A stretch of 64,000 nt of DNA from Candidatus Moranbacteria bacterium GW2011_GWE2_35_2- (GCA_000990585.1 LBQD01000001.1:207276-271275), one strand, 5' to 3'; shown: positions 37,096-47,806, counted from the first letter of the stretch. Notes: a model not told the origin generated them from the sequence alone. Program-made: numbers and translations.

Positions 37096-38001
37096 ATGGA
37101 AATAAAAACAATCTCTGATTCACAAAAAAAATATTTTCAAAAAATTGATTCTTTGGATCTTGAGCTTTTGATTGCGCATACTCTGGAAAAACCGCGGGAA
37201 TTTGTTTTAGCGCACCCAAAGTATGCACTAACACGAGATCAAGAATTGAGAATTGAAAACTATGCAAAACAAAGATTGAATAATGAGCCATTGGCATATA
37301 TTATTGGACACAAAGAATTTTTCGGACTAGATTTTAAAATAAACAAAAACACGCTCATTCCCCGTCCGGAAACAGAACAACTTGTTGAACTCGCGATTCA
37401 AGAAATAAAAAATAAAAGTCAAAAATCAATAATTATCGATGTGGGCACTGGAAGCGGATGCATCATAATCTCAATTGCAAAAAACAATAAGCAAAGAGCA
37501 ATGAACGATGTAAAATTCTATGCAACCGATATTTCCAGTGAAGCATTAAAAATTGCAAAACAAAACGCAACAGCACACGGAGTCGAAAAAAAAATAAAAT
37601 TCCTCCGCGGCAATCTCCTTGCTCCGCTTATTGGAAATTGGAAATTGGAAATTGGAAATTCCAGAATGATAATTCTGGCGAACCTCCCCTACCTCTCAAA
37701 AGAAATATATAATTCCACTTCTCCTGACGTGAAAAACTTTGAACCGAAATCGGCGCTTGTTAGCGCACACGCTGGACTTGCGCATTATGAAAAATTATTC
37801 AAGCAATTAAAAAAATTTCCGGCTGCAAATTGTAAGCTATCGATTATCCTAGAATTCAGTCCGGAACAAAAACCCTTACTGAAAAAAATAATTCCGAAAT
37901 ATTTCCCGAAAGCGGAAATAAAATTCCACAAGGACCTCTGCGGATTGTGGCGAATATGTAAAATCAATATTCTATCTTCACGCAAAAACCCGCTATTTTA
38001 G
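37096..38001 (+). CDS. prmC: Release factor glutamine methyltransferase
   Basis: EPLAYIIG, LIPRPETE, DVGTGSG, ANLPY. Confidence 0.92.
   Translation: MEIKTISDSQKKYFQKIDSLDLELLIAHTLEKPREFVLAHPKYALTRDQELRIENYAKQRLNNEPLAYIIGHKEFFGLDFKINKNTLIPRPETEQLVELAIQEIKNKSQKSIIIDVGTGSGCIIISIAKNNKQRAMNDVKFYATDISSEALKIAKQNATAHGVEKKIKFLRGNLLAPLIGNWKLEIGNSRMIILANLPYLSKEIYNSTSPDVKNFEPKSALVSAHAGLAHYEKLFKQLKKFPAANCKLSIILEFSPEQKPLLKKIIPKYFPKAEIKFHKDLCGLWRICKINILSSRKNPLF
37631..37658. repeat. Heptamer tandem repeat (ttggaaa)x4 inside prmC
   Basis: Encodes IGNWKLEIGN; reverse complement of the hypF repeat. Confidence 0.9.
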
Positions 38002-38012
38002 CGGGTTTTTGC
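37982..38012. terminator. Bidirectional terminator
   Basis: gcaaaaacccgcta-ttt-tagcgggtttttgc, between prmC and the convergent Lys-rich gene. Confidence 0.85.
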
Positions 38013-38040
38013 TTGAAGAACTAAATGACTTTTTTAAAAG

Positions 38041-38178
<138 letters not shown>

Positions 38179-38531
38179 GTTGTTCCACCTCCTTTTCTTT
38201 AAAAAATTTCTTCCGGCATTTTTGCCATTGAAACTTTTAATTTTAATTTTTATTTTTATCTTAATCTCTCAAATTTTAATTTTTATTTTTGCGCCGTATT
38301 AAAAATATTTTTTTATAAAATAATTTATATTTTTATCTATCATAATTATAGAACATATATATTTTTATGCAAGTGTTTTTTGTAAATTTTTTGTAAAATA
38401 TTTTTCAATAACATTTTTTATCTTACTTTAATAAAAAATAATTTTTTATTAAAAATTATGATGACCAATTTTAAAAAAAATAAAATCCACGCATATTTTA
38501 AAATGGCACAAAAATATGTATTTGTCCAGTG

Positions 38532-38560
38532 TTGACTATCTGGCTATGTAAAGTTAAAAT
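38532..38560 (+). promoter_or_regulatory. Sigma70-type promoter
   Basis: TTGACT-17-TAAAAT. Confidence 0.55.
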
Positions 38561-38683
38561 TAAAAGACAAAGTTGGTCGAAAAGTTACACCCGCAAAATT
38601 CGGGCCAGCTTCAACGAAAGCTGAACCTTAACAATTAAACATCTCTACTTAAAAGAGATACTCTAGAGAGGAAGGTGAACAAT

Positions 38684-39340
38684 ATGGAAGAAAATCAAAA
38701 CCAAGAAGATGAATTTTCAGAAAAACAATCCGAATTAAAATCATGGCTACAAGAAAATTTGCGCATCATCATTAGTATTGCGATTGTAATAATAATCGCC
38801 GGAGGAATTTATTCTTATGCAAAAAGATCGCAAATCGACAACGAATCGATCGCCCCGGAAGAAGATCAATTATCTTTTGACGAAGAATTGGAGAATATCG
38901 ACAACGAAAACGACAATGACGTCATTGAAGAAGATACTGTCGTAATTGATGAAACAAAAACTGAACCAGTAAAAGATAGTGGCGAAGAAAACGAAGCAGC
39001 GAAACAAGAAAAAACATCCCCGAGCGAAACAAGCAAGGAAACTGATGGATCATTCATCCAAACCGCGCAAAAAGGAGAAGGACTCACTCATTTAGCAAGA
39101 AGAGCTTTGGCTAATTATCTGGAAAAAAATCCTGATTCTCAGCTCACAACGGAACACAAAATTTATATCGAGGATTATTTAAGAAAAAATGTCGATTATA
39201 AAGGAAGGGTATTCGTTGGATCATCGGCCGAATTCTCCAAAGATCTCATCAAGCAAGCAATCGAGCAATCCAAAAAACTCAACGATAATCAATTGAAAAA
39301 TCTGCAAAAATACTCAGCTTTGGTACCTTCATTATCTTGA
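38684..39340 (+). CDS. Single-TM protein with acidic linker and LysM-like C-terminal region
   Basis: TM at about residues 25-45; AQKGEGLTHLARRAL; RBS-like GAGGAAGG. Confidence 0.65.
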   Translation: MEENQNQEDEFSEKQSELKSWLQENLRIIISIAIVIIIAGGIYSYAKRSQIDNESIAPEEDQLSFDEELENIDNENDNDVIEEDTVVIDETKTEPVKDSGEENEAAKQEKTSPSETSKETDGSFIQTAQKGEGLTHLARRALANYLEKNPDSQLTTEHKIYIEDYLRKNVDYKGRVFVGSSAEFSKDLIKQAIEQSKKLNDNQLKNLQKYSALVPSLS

Positions 39341-39374
39341 TCCAAACTGACTTCATTATCTTGATCCAAACTGA
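39327..39374. repeat. 24-bp perfect tandem duplication spanning a stop codon
   Basis: cttcattatcttgatccaaactga x2. Confidence 0.9.
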
Positions 39375-39402
39375 AATGAAATAAATTCAAAATGTTCCTT
39401 TA

Positions 39403-39448
39403 ATAAAAACACAAAAACCCCGCAACAGCGGGGTTTTTGTGTTTTTAT
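39403..39448. terminator. Bidirectional terminator
   Basis: 21-bp perfect stem ataaaaacacaaaaaccccgc-aaca-gcggggtttttgtgtttttat. Confidence 0.9.
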
Positions 39449-39906
39449 TCATAGATCATTGAGATCTCATCACCCACTTTTATTTTGTATTTATCCAATA
39501 ATCCTGCCGGAATTTCTAAAACACTATCAATGTTATTTGGAGGAAAAATAACTTCAGAAAAATTTTTAGCGATATTTTTATTCACATATACAATCCTATT
39601 ATCCAAAATCCAAACAAAATCAAGTGGAAAATTCATATCCTTCATCCAAAATCCGTATTTTCCGGGTTTGGAAAATTCAAAAAGCATTCCGCAATTTAAA
39701 CATAATTCCTCTCTTCCGGAAAGCCCTTTTTCTTTTTCATTTTTCGAACGCACTACTTCCACCATAAACACCTCGCCACCCATAATTACTTCTCGTCGAC
39801 GCGAATTTTCAGAAAATTTATTTTCCAAAAGAACACACCCCGCAACAAAAATAATTCCGAAAAAAATAAATTTGATAAATTTTATTTTATTTTTTGATAA
39901 TTTCAT
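39445..39906 (-). CDS. DUF192 domain protein
   Basis: GLSGR, GMLF, FWMKDMNFPLD, VLEIPAG. Confidence 0.88.
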   Translation of the reverse strand: MKLSKNKIKFIKFIFFGIIFVAGCVLLENKFSENSRRREVIMGGEVFMVEVVRSKNEKEKGLSGREELCLNCGMLFEFSKPGKYGFWMKDMNFPLDFVWILDNRIVYVNKNIAKNFSEVIFPPNNIDSVLEIPAGLLDKYKIKVGDEISMIYE

Positions 39907-40930
39907 TTCTATTCTTCAATATTCCTGCATCAAAAAAAAGCATCATAATCAAAGTAAGCAAAAAAACCGAAAAAATAACTACGATTTTGCCAAATGAGCG
40001 AATATTAAAAGAAATAATCACAACAATCCCAGTAACTACATAAAAGAAAAGCGCTATTTTCTTTTGCGACCAACCTAATTCAAGAAAGCGATGATGCAAA
40101 TGGCGTCTGTCGGAAGAAAATATTGATTTTCCCAACCTGATTCTTTTCCAAATCACCCATCCGAAATCCGCCAAAGGAAGCGACATTACCAACAGAGTGG
40201 TGGCAATTTTTGCTCCGGAAAAAATAGCCATTACTGCAAGAATAAATCCCATAAAAATAGACCCGCTTGTCCCTGCTATTATTTTTGACGGACTGAAATT
40301 AAAAATCAAAAATCCCATGATTGATCCCGCCAAGACAGATGCCATTATCGCCATCGGCGGCTGATTAACTTCCGGTTTAAGACTCACAAAAATTATCGCA
40401 ATCGACCCTAAAAGTGTTATTCCTCCACTTACACCATCAACTCCATCAAACCAGTTCATTGAATTCATAATTACAACCATCCAAATTATTCCGAGCAATA
40501 AACTCGCAATCGAAAAATCTCCACTACCGATTTCAATGATACCGCCAAAAGGGTTGGTGATATATTCAATATGCACATCAAAAATAAAAATCAATATTGA
40601 AGCGCATATCTGAAAAAAAAGTTGCTTCTTCCAACTAAGACCCAAGAAATCATCCAAAACTCCAAAAATCAAAATAACAATAGATGATATTATCACTCCC
40701 TTCATTGGAAGAGTAATAACCAAATTTGAATCAAAAATAATTCCGAGAACAAAAGAAATAATAATAGCCACCCCTCCTAATCGCGAAATCCTCCCCGTAT
40801 GAGTATGATGCGCTTGCTTCTTTCCAAGGAATAGAGAAAATTTCTCTGTTAAAAAAACAAAAAGCAATATCAATCCGGATGAAATCAAGAATGTACGCAA
40901 AAACGAAAATAAAAATAATTCATATTCCAT
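39887..40930 (-). CDS. MraY/WecA-family polyprenyl-phosphate HexNAc-1-P transferase
   Basis: RLGGVAI, GVLDD, NWFDGVDG, DRRHLHHR. Confidence 0.88.
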   Translation of the reverse strand: MEYELFLFSFLRTFLISSGLILLFVFLTEKFSLFLGKKQAHHTHTGRISRLGGVAIIISFVLGIIFDSNLVITLPMKGVIISSIVILIFGVLDDFLGLSWKKQLFFQICASILIFIFDVHIEYITNPFGGIIEIGSGDFSIASLLLGIIWMVVIMNSMNWFDGVDGVSGGITLLGSIAIIFVSLKPEVNQPPMAIMASVLAGSIMGFLIFNFSPSKIIAGTSGSIFMGFILAVMAIFSGAKIATTLLVMSLPLADFGWVIWKRIRLGKSIFSSDRRHLHHRFLELGWSQKKIALFFYVVTGIVVIISFNIRSFGKIVVIFSVFLLTLIMMLFFDAGILKNRNEIIKK

Positions 40931-40942
40931 AAGACATCAAAT

Positions 40943-42640
40943 CTATTTTTTTATTTTTTCCGTCACCCAAAATTCACCGAAATATTTTTTAATCAGTAGC
41001 CTTGTTTGCGATTCAATTGCAGGCATTGCTCCCAAAGTAGGAGCTATGATTGGAACTAATATCCATTGAAGTATCATATTGATGTATCTTCTCTTTGAGT
41101 ATTTTTTCGGGCGAGGCGGCATCAAAACAAAACTCAATGACATTGATATTATAAGACCCATCATTGCCAAATTCATCAAATAGCGCGTAATAAAAGGCAA
41201 ATTATGTGCCAAAACTTTTTCATTAAAACTTGTTCCTCCAAAAATGAGAGGCATCCATCCTAATATAGCCAGAATAAAAGGCGCAGTCGCCCATGAATGA
41301 TGCCCTTCTAATATTTCAAATGCAGTTTTAATTTTCTTACCCAATCGAATTTTTTTATTCGGCCAAATAGAACGCATAATTACTGGGAAATTTTCAATTC
41401 CATATGCCCAACGTCTTTTTTGTTTATATTGATTTTTTATCGTTTTCCAATATGTTTCCGCCAAAACAGCATCTAGCGAAATCGGAAGATAAATCGGGGA
41501 TACCTGGTAATCCCCATTAAAATATGCAAAACATTTCCAATAAATTATCGAGTCTTCGCTAATCATATTTACCGGCCAAAAACCCACTTTTACCAAAGTA
41601 TCAAAAGGTTCACTATGAGAAGAAAAAGTCACCATTTCATTACGCGTACTCTGATACATATGCCAAAAAGAAGAACTAGTAACAATCACTCGCACAAAAG
41701 CGTTCGTATCCCACAAATTATTATGATACATTGGCAAGGGCTGATATGATCGTTGTAATCTTTTCGGATCGGTAATGTACGCATAAGTAAGCGCGGCAAA
41801 ATATTGCTTATGACAAACACTATCACAATCAAAATTGGAAAAAATAACTTGTTTATGATCTATATTTTTTTCATCCAGATATTTTACTAATTTTTTTGCG
41901 GCATAAGTTGCATTAGAAGCTTTGCATTTCATCTCGTCATCCCTGACTTCATGCGTCGTTACTAAAAAATCACGAAAAACTCCTGCAAATTTATTTTTTA
42001 AATACTCTACTTTTTCCAATCGATGTTTTTCATCCTCTCTTTCCTCAGTAGCAAGAAGAATGATTATCTGCTGATTAGGAAAATTAGTATCGGCAATCGC
42101 CTTGATAGCCGGTTCAATAATTTCTCTTGGCTCTCCTGCTGTTGGAAGCAAAACCACATGTATTATTTTTCTCCAATCCCATATTTCAATCCTGTTTTCT
42201 CGCAAGACGCTAACTTCTTTCAGGTGTCCGACGTATCGACTTATCTCTTTCTTAACTTTCAATCTTTGTCCGAATTTTTCCTTTCCTATCCATCCGATTT
42301 CCTTCAAGCTGTATTTTAGAACGGTTATTTTATCGTTTATTATTTTTATATATGCATCCGGATTTGATATATTTTGACATCGCTCCCACCAATCTATTGC
42401 CTGCCCTTCTTTTAGTTTTCGGTAAGCGACAACGGAATATGTCGATATGTATATTGTACGATAAATCCAATAAATATCAAAAATAATTACAAAAACCGCC
42501 ACCCAGACCGGTAGCAAAAAAGAAAACAAAAACATACCCAATAATGTCGCCCACGTCAAAATTCCGGGAATTACTTCCAATATTCTTTGCACCCTTCTTT
42601 CGTTTGGAATTTCAGTTTTTGGATTTGGAAAAACAAACAT
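40943..42640 (-). CDS. Membrane glycosyltransferase family 2
   Basis: KASN, DCD, ISEDS, QKRRW (QxxRW) motif; flanking TMs. Confidence 0.85.
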   Translation of the reverse strand: MFVFPNPKTEIPNERRVQRILEVIPGILTWATLLGMFLFSFLLPVWVAVFVIIFDIYWIYRTIYISTYSVVAYRKLKEGQAIDWWERCQNISNPDAYIKIINDKITVLKYSLKEIGWIGKEKFGQRLKVKKEISRYVGHLKEVSVLRENRIEIWDWRKIIHVVLLPTAGEPREIIEPAIKAIADTNFPNQQIIILLATEEREDEKHRLEKVEYLKNKFAGVFRDFLVTTHEVRDDEMKCKASNATYAAKKLVKYLDEKNIDHKQVIFSNFDCDSVCHKQYFAALTYAYITDPKRLQRSYQPLPMYHNNLWDTNAFVRVIVTSSSFWHMYQSTRNEMVTFSSHSEPFDTLVKVGFWPVNMISEDSIIYWKCFAYFNGDYQVSPIYLPISLDAVLAETYWKTIKNQYKQKRRWAYGIENFPVIMRSIWPNKKIRLGKKIKTAFEILEGHHSWATAPFILAILGWMPLIFGGTSFNEKVLAHNLPFITRYLMNLAMMGLIISMSLSFVLMPPRPKKYSKRRYINMILQWILVPIIAPTLGAMPAIESQTRLLIKKYFGEFWVTEKIKK

Positions 42641-42656
42641 ATTTATATATATTATT

Positions 42657-43070
42657 TTAATAGTTAATCAATATCATTGAAATACTGGCAATAATAATTC
42701 CTACTTCAACAAAAAGAGATGCTAGCATCAGACAATAAGCGCCAATTCTTTCTTCTTGTTGATAAAAATACTTCGCCAAAAAAATATTAATTAACGCGAA
42801 AAACACTCCCATCACTGGCATTATATATATTTGCCACCAATCCCCAATCAAATCAACGCCAAAATACACATTATAATGCAAAATTACGAGAGAAGATGTT
42901 TTTTTTATAAAAATTGAAAGGATAATGAAACTTACCGCATTCAAAAATAAAATTATAGCCAAAAGAAAAAAAACGATCGGATTCTTGAAAAAATCCCCAT
43001 AAAAAAATGTCTTTAATTTGGAAAAAAAATATTCCCTCAAATTGTTTTCATTTTTTAATCCTTTCAACAA
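42657..43070 (-). CDS. Small membrane protein
   Basis: Three TM segments; ILHYNVYFGVDLIG. Confidence 0.65.
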   Translation of the reverse strand: MLKGLKNENNLREYFFSKLKTFFYGDFFKNPIVFFLLAIILFLNAVSFIILSIFIKKTSSLVILHYNVYFGVDLIGDWWQIYIMPVMGVFFALINIFLAKYFYQQEERIGAYCLMLASLFVEVGIIIASISMILINY

Positions 43071-43650
43071 AACGCTTCAACTTTGGCAACTTATTTATTA
43101 CCTCATCATGCGGACCTTCAAGAAAATCGAGTAAGAATCGATCCAGCATATCCAATCGATATTTTAATTCCTCACTGCTAACCAAAACGTAACGAATCTC
43201 CTTTCCGATTTCCGCCTCTAAGCTTCCCATTAGCTTTTTCAACTTACTCTTGCTTACATCATCCGCCGCCAAAATCATATCCGCCTTACTTTTTGGATAA
43301 TTCAAAAAAACTCCGCTAATAAGAACCATCTTTACATTTCCAACACTGCCTATTTTTTTCAAGCTTTTACATTGAGGAAACACATTAGCCTTAGAAATCA
43401 AGCTTTTCAATTCGGGATAAAATGGAAAACTTATATTTGCAAAATAATTTTTTTTACCTTTTTTATTCCTTTCGGTTAAAAATTTTATTTTCACGAGATT
43501 ATTAATTTCACGCCTAACCTCACTACTTTTCAAAAGATTCCTTTTTGTAATATCATCCACCGAAAAAACTTCCCCGGGATTAAGTAAAAAAAATCTAATT
43601 ATTCTCGTTTTAGCCTTAGAACCAAACAAATTCTCCAATATTTCTGACAT
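43048..43650 (-). CDS. Winged-helix protein with a degenerate nucleotidyltransferase-like C-domain
   Basis: LENLFGSKAKTRIIRFF, SGVF...ADM, LEAEIGKEIRY. Confidence 0.65.
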   Translation of the reverse strand: MSEILENLFGSKAKTRIIRFFLLNPGEVFSVDDITKRNLLKSSEVRREINNLVKIKFLTERNKKGKKNYFANISFPFYPELKSLISKANVFPQCKSLKKIGSVGNVKMVLISGVFLNYPKSKADMILAADDVSKSKLKKLMGSLEAEIGKEIRYVLVSSEELKYRLDMLDRFLLDFLEGPHDEVINKLPKLKRFVERIKK

Positions 43651-43820
43651 ATTTTTTTATAAATTATACTCATCACATAGCCTACTTGCGCTAAATTAGC
43701 TCAATATAAAATAAATTAAACTAAACTTGATATTAAGCTAAAACAAGTATAATATCAATGATACAAAAAGTAAACCCCTTTCTTACAATGCGTTTTTTTG
43801 TTATAATATAAAAAACCATT

Positions 43821-46046
43821 ATGGAAAAAATAAAATCTAAAAAAAAGAAAATTCGAAAAATGGAAAAAATTGTCTCCAATATCTTAGTCGTGAGCGATCA
43901 CGAACTAAAACCCTATATTGAAATGCTCGACTACGCCCCGGAAAACATTACCCATAAATCACTAGGGAGACTTTTGGGGTTTTTTGAAATTAAGGATGAG
44001 AATGAAGATTCTGCTTACATTGTTAACTTTCTCGCTTCAGTAGCAAAGAAAGAATATTTCATCAACACCAAGAGAGGTCCGATAGAAAGTTTTGAAGCAG
44101 CGCTAAACAAGATAAATTTAGCATTAGCTGAAATCGCCAAACATGGAAACGTTAACTGGTTAGGAAAACTTGATAGTGCCCTATGCGCAATAGAAGAAAA
44201 CAATTTACATTTTAGCGTTTCAGGAAACGGAAAAGTACTTCTAATGAGAAACGGGAATTTAACCGAGATAAGTCAAGGACTTGCAGAAAAAGATAGTACC
44301 GGACCAGATTATCTCAATCCAATGAAAACTTTTGTAAACGTTTCTAGCGGACGACTTGAAGATAAAGATAAAATCATTATAACAACAGACGACATTTTCC
44401 AAATTTTTTCCTTAAATGAACTCAAAAGAGGAGCTTTGCAATTTTCACAAGAAAAATTCATTCAGTTCATTAAAACTGCGCTTATTAACGAACTTGACAT
44501 CGCCGGCACTATAATAATAGACATCCGCAGAAAAATCATAGAAGCAAAAGAATCCGTTTCTTTTGCTCAAAAAATGGTCGCCGAGGAAAATGAAAAAGAA
44601 CTAAATGTTTTTAGCAGTAAGATATTTGAAGAAAAAAACAATAAAAAAAACGCCTCCGGAAAAATAAACGATACAAGTAAGTCTGTCGAAAAAGAAAACA
44701 ACCATGAGAATAAAATTGAATATACCGATGAGAAAACCAAACATATATACCTAAAAGAAGATCCGATAGAAATTCCCGTAAAAAAAGAAATAATTGAACC
44801 ACTCAAAGAATTTTTACGAGAAAAATTTCTTGATTTTTCCTATTGGTTAAAAAACGATTTCAGAAGATTGGCGTTGCAAACAACAAAAAAAATGGTTTTC
44901 AACTACGAAAAATATTCACAAATTTTAAAAAAAATAATCTTGCGAACAATCTCACAATGGAAAGAAAAAAAGGAATCCAATCCCATCTCCCATCAAAATT
45001 ATTTTCCGGAAAAAAACACATCCGCAGTAAAAATAAAAACTTTTTTCTCTCTTTTCCGAAAAATAAAATCAAACGTCAGAATTACTATTCCAAATTTTGG
45101 AAAAATAAAATTAATTATCCGAAAAATGACCTATTCGCAAAGGATTTATTCGCTACTCATACTCCTTATAATAATAATTCTACCGCTCTTTTTCCGAAAT
45201 AACCCGCAGACTCTTCCTGATACTCCGCGAGAAATTGAAACAAACGTATTATCTTTCGCATTAAGTGAAGAAAAAAACATCCAACCAATTGATTTGACAA
45301 AAAAAATATTTTTTTCAGAAAAATCCCACCTATTAACGGTCGAATCGGACGGCCGATTATTTTTCGTTTTTGATGATAAAATAATTGAATTTACACCAGA
45401 AAACAATCAAGAATCCGCTTCTTTTAATCTTCCGGAATTTGGCTCAAAAGCAGAAATAGCAACTTTTATGCCGGACTTGCATCTAATTTTAATTTTAACC
45501 GAACAAAAAAAAGTAATCAGCTTTAATACGATTTCAAGAAAATTCCAGCAAACAAATTTTACCGCTCCGGAAGGTGCGCAAATCGCAGATATGGAAACAT
45601 ATCTTACTTATCTGTATTTACTCGACAGCGCCAATGACCAAGTATATATTTATCCACGAGCCGAAGGAGGGTTTAGCGAAAAAGAATCCCGCCTCAAAGA
45701 GACATTCGATATTCAATTATCTGATAATATGACTATTGATGGAAATATATACATATCTTCCGAAGAAAAAATCCTAAGCTTCTTTCAAGGGAAAAAGACA
45801 GGGTTTAATCTGGAACAATCAAAAACCCCGATAAAAAACAATCTGATATTTACCTCTCAAATGAATAATTTTATTTATTCTGTTGATAAAGAAAACGGGC
45901 GCTTGATAAAATTTACAAAAAAAGGAGAGATCGCCAAACAATATTACTCGGAAAAAATAAAATTAACGGAGAATTTTACTGTCAACAATGCTGATACAAA
46001 AGCATACATCTCGATACCGGATGGAATTTATCAACTTGATATCTAA
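43821..46046 (+). CDS. CPR-type protein: PP2C-like N-domain, TM, beta-propeller-like C-domain
   Basis: SSGRLEDKDKIIITTD; central TM; YLYLLD and IDGNIYI repeats. Confidence 0.6.
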   Translation: MEKIKSKKKKIRKMEKIVSNILVVSDHELKPYIEMLDYAPENITHKSLGRLLGFFEIKDENEDSAYIVNFLASVAKKEYFINTKRGPIESFEAALNKINLALAEIAKHGNVNWLGKLDSALCAIEENNLHFSVSGNGKVLLMRNGNLTEISQGLAEKDSTGPDYLNPMKTFVNVSSGRLEDKDKIIITTDDIFQIFSLNELKRGALQFSQEKFIQFIKTALINELDIAGTIIIDIRRKIIEAKESVSFAQKMVAEENEKELNVFSSKIFEEKNNKKNASGKINDTSKSVEKENNHENKIEYTDEKTKHIYLKEDPIEIPVKKEIIEPLKEFLREKFLDFSYWLKNDFRRLALQTTKKMVFNYEKYSQILKKIILRTISQWKEKKESNPISHQNYFPEKNTSAVKIKTFFSLFRKIKSNVRITIPNFGKIKLIIRKMTYSQRIYSLLILLIIIILPLFFRNNPQTLPDTPREIETNVLSFALSEEKNIQPIDLTKKIFFSEKSHLLTVESDGRLFFVFDDKIIEFTPENNQESASFNLPEFGSKAEIATFMPDLHLILILTEQKKVISFNTISRKFQQTNFTAPEGAQIADMETYLTYLYLLDSANDQVYIYPRAEGGFSEKESRLKETFDIQLSDNMTIDGNIYISSEEKILSFFQGKKTGFNLEQSKTPIKNNLIFTSQMNNFIYSVDKENGRLIKFTKKGEIAKQYYSEKIKLTENFTVNNADTKAYISIPDGIYQLDI

Positions 46047-47632
46047 TTCTCAATCAACGAATTCAAATTCATTTCCTTGGGCTTTTTTACTTGCATAATA
46101 TCCAGAATTGTCGGCGCGATATTTCCAAGCACTCCGCCTTTTTTCAATTTTTTATTTTTAAATTTTTCACCAACAATCACAAAAGGAACGACGTTTTTTG
46201 TATGAAAAGTATGTTTTCTTTTTTCTTTGTCAATTTTGTCAACCATAACTTCGGCGTTTCCATGATCTGCTGTTATCACAATATTCCCGTCCACTTTCAA
46301 AATTTCAACTACGATATTTTCCAATTGCCTGTCAACAAACTCTGCCGCTTTGATTGTCGCTTTGATGTCTCCCGTATGCGCCACCATATCCGCATTGGCA
46401 AAATTAATTGCGATAAAATCATACGCCTTATTTTTTATAGCCACCACTACCTTATCGGCAATTTTTTTTGCTGACATTTGCGGACAATCAACATATGAAT
46501 CAATAATCGGCGATGGAACCATAAACCAATCCTCGCCATCCACGGGATCCGGATAGCCGCCATTGAAAAAATATGTAATGTGGGCATATTTTTCACTCTC
46601 AGCAATATACATTTGTTTTTTTCCATTTAGTACCATCGGAAGAGTCGCCTCAAGCGTTCTTCCTGGAAAAGCCGTATGAATATCCAAATCCGGTCCAAAA
46701 TCTGTCATTGCGACAAAATACAAATTTTCCAAATGATCAATAATCGGCATATCATCAGCCAACGCCCGATCTCTGTTCACTGCGACAAAGAGCTTGGAAA
46801 ATTGACGTGCCCGATCAGAACGTAAATTATAGAAAATAATACTGTCATTTTTCTTTAATTTAATTATTGGTTTTTCATTTTCAAAAATAACTGTCGGTAA
46901 AATATATTCATCCGTCAAATTATTTTTATACGCATTTCTAATCGCTTCTTCCGGACTGTTCGCTTTTTGACCAAGTGAAAAAACAATTGCGTCATAGGCA
47001 AGCGCCAGACGCTTCCAATTCTTTGCCCGATCCATTGCATAAAATCTTCCAGAGATTGTCGCTATTTTTCCAATTCCTTCCTGACGGATGATCTCTTGAA
47101 AATTTTTCAATTGATCCAATGCGCTTTTGGGATATGAATCCCTACCATCAGTAAACAAATGGCAATATACTTCTTCTATTCCATTTCTTTTTGCCAATTG
47201 CAACAACGCACGAAAATGCTCTGGATTGCTGTGCGGACTGTCAACATCACTCATTAGTCCCATAATGTGAAAATTTCCTTTGTTTATTTTTGTATGTCGC
47301 ACCGCGCCTATTAGAATAGGATTTTCAAAAAAAGATTTATTTTTAATACTTTCACTAATAAAATGAGAATCTTGCGCCACAACTCTGCCGGCGCCGATGT
47401 TCATATGTCCGGCCTCAGATCCACTCATTTGATTATCATCCAGTCCGACATTTTTTCCTGTCGCTTCCAATGTCGTAAAAGGATATTTTTTAAAAATTTC
47501 ATCCAAAAAAGGAGTTTTCGCCAAATAAATAGCATTACCCTCGGAAGGCGGAGCAATCCCCCACCCATCCAAAATAATCAAAACTGTCGGAGCCTTTTTC
47601 CCGCCAATTATTTTTTTCAAAAAATTCATCAT
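46043..47632 (-). CDS. gpmI: 2,3-bisphosphoglycerate-independent phosphoglycerate mutase
   Basis: IILDGWG, SEAGHMNIGAGR, DGRD, GRFYAMDR, TADHGNAE. Confidence 0.96.
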   Translation of the reverse strand: MMNFLKKIIGGKKAPTVLIILDGWGIAPPSEGNAIYLAKTPFLDEIFKKYPFTTLEATGKNVGLDDNQMSGSEAGHMNIGAGRVVAQDSHFISESIKNKSFFENPILIGAVRHTKINKGNFHIMGLMSDVDSPHSNPEHFRALLQLAKRNGIEEVYCHLFTDGRDSYPKSALDQLKNFQEIIRQEGIGKIATISGRFYAMDRAKNWKRLALAYDAIVFSLGQKANSPEEAIRNAYKNNLTDEYILPTVIFENEKPIIKLKKNDSIIFYNLRSDRARQFSKLFVAVNRDRALADDMPIIDHLENLYFVAMTDFGPDLDIHTAFPGRTLEATLPMVLNGKKQMYIAESEKYAHITYFFNGGYPDPVDGEDWFMVPSPIIDSYVDCPQMSAKKIADKVVVAIKNKAYDFIAINFANADMVAHTGDIKATIKAAEFVDRQLENIVVEILKVDGNIVITADHGNAEVMVDKIDKEKRKHTFHTKNVVPFVIVGEKFKNKKLKKGGVLGNIAPTILDIMQVKKPKEMNLNSLIEN

Positions 47633-47675
47633 AAAGTAATTATACCACAAAATATCTATATGCTCATTGTTAAAC

Positions 47676-47711
47676 AAAAAACATCCCAGTTATCAAATAA
47701 TTGGGATGTTT
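47676..47711 (-). terminator. Probable terminator
   Basis: aaacatcccagttat-caa-ataattgggatgttt with a T-run on the minus strand. Confidence 0.6.
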
Positions 47712-47806
47712 AAGGGTGGCTATAATTAGTTTTTTGCCTGCCCGCCCTTAGAAGAAATGCCGAAATTTAAAACTCTTTACCATAAATCAAAGCGACCCTA
47801 TAAATA

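Noticed and set aside
38179-38530. Very AT-rich intergenic region as possible oriC
   Set aside because: No TTATCCACA DnaA-box cluster seen and no dnaA/dnaN nearby; explained as a divergent promoter region.
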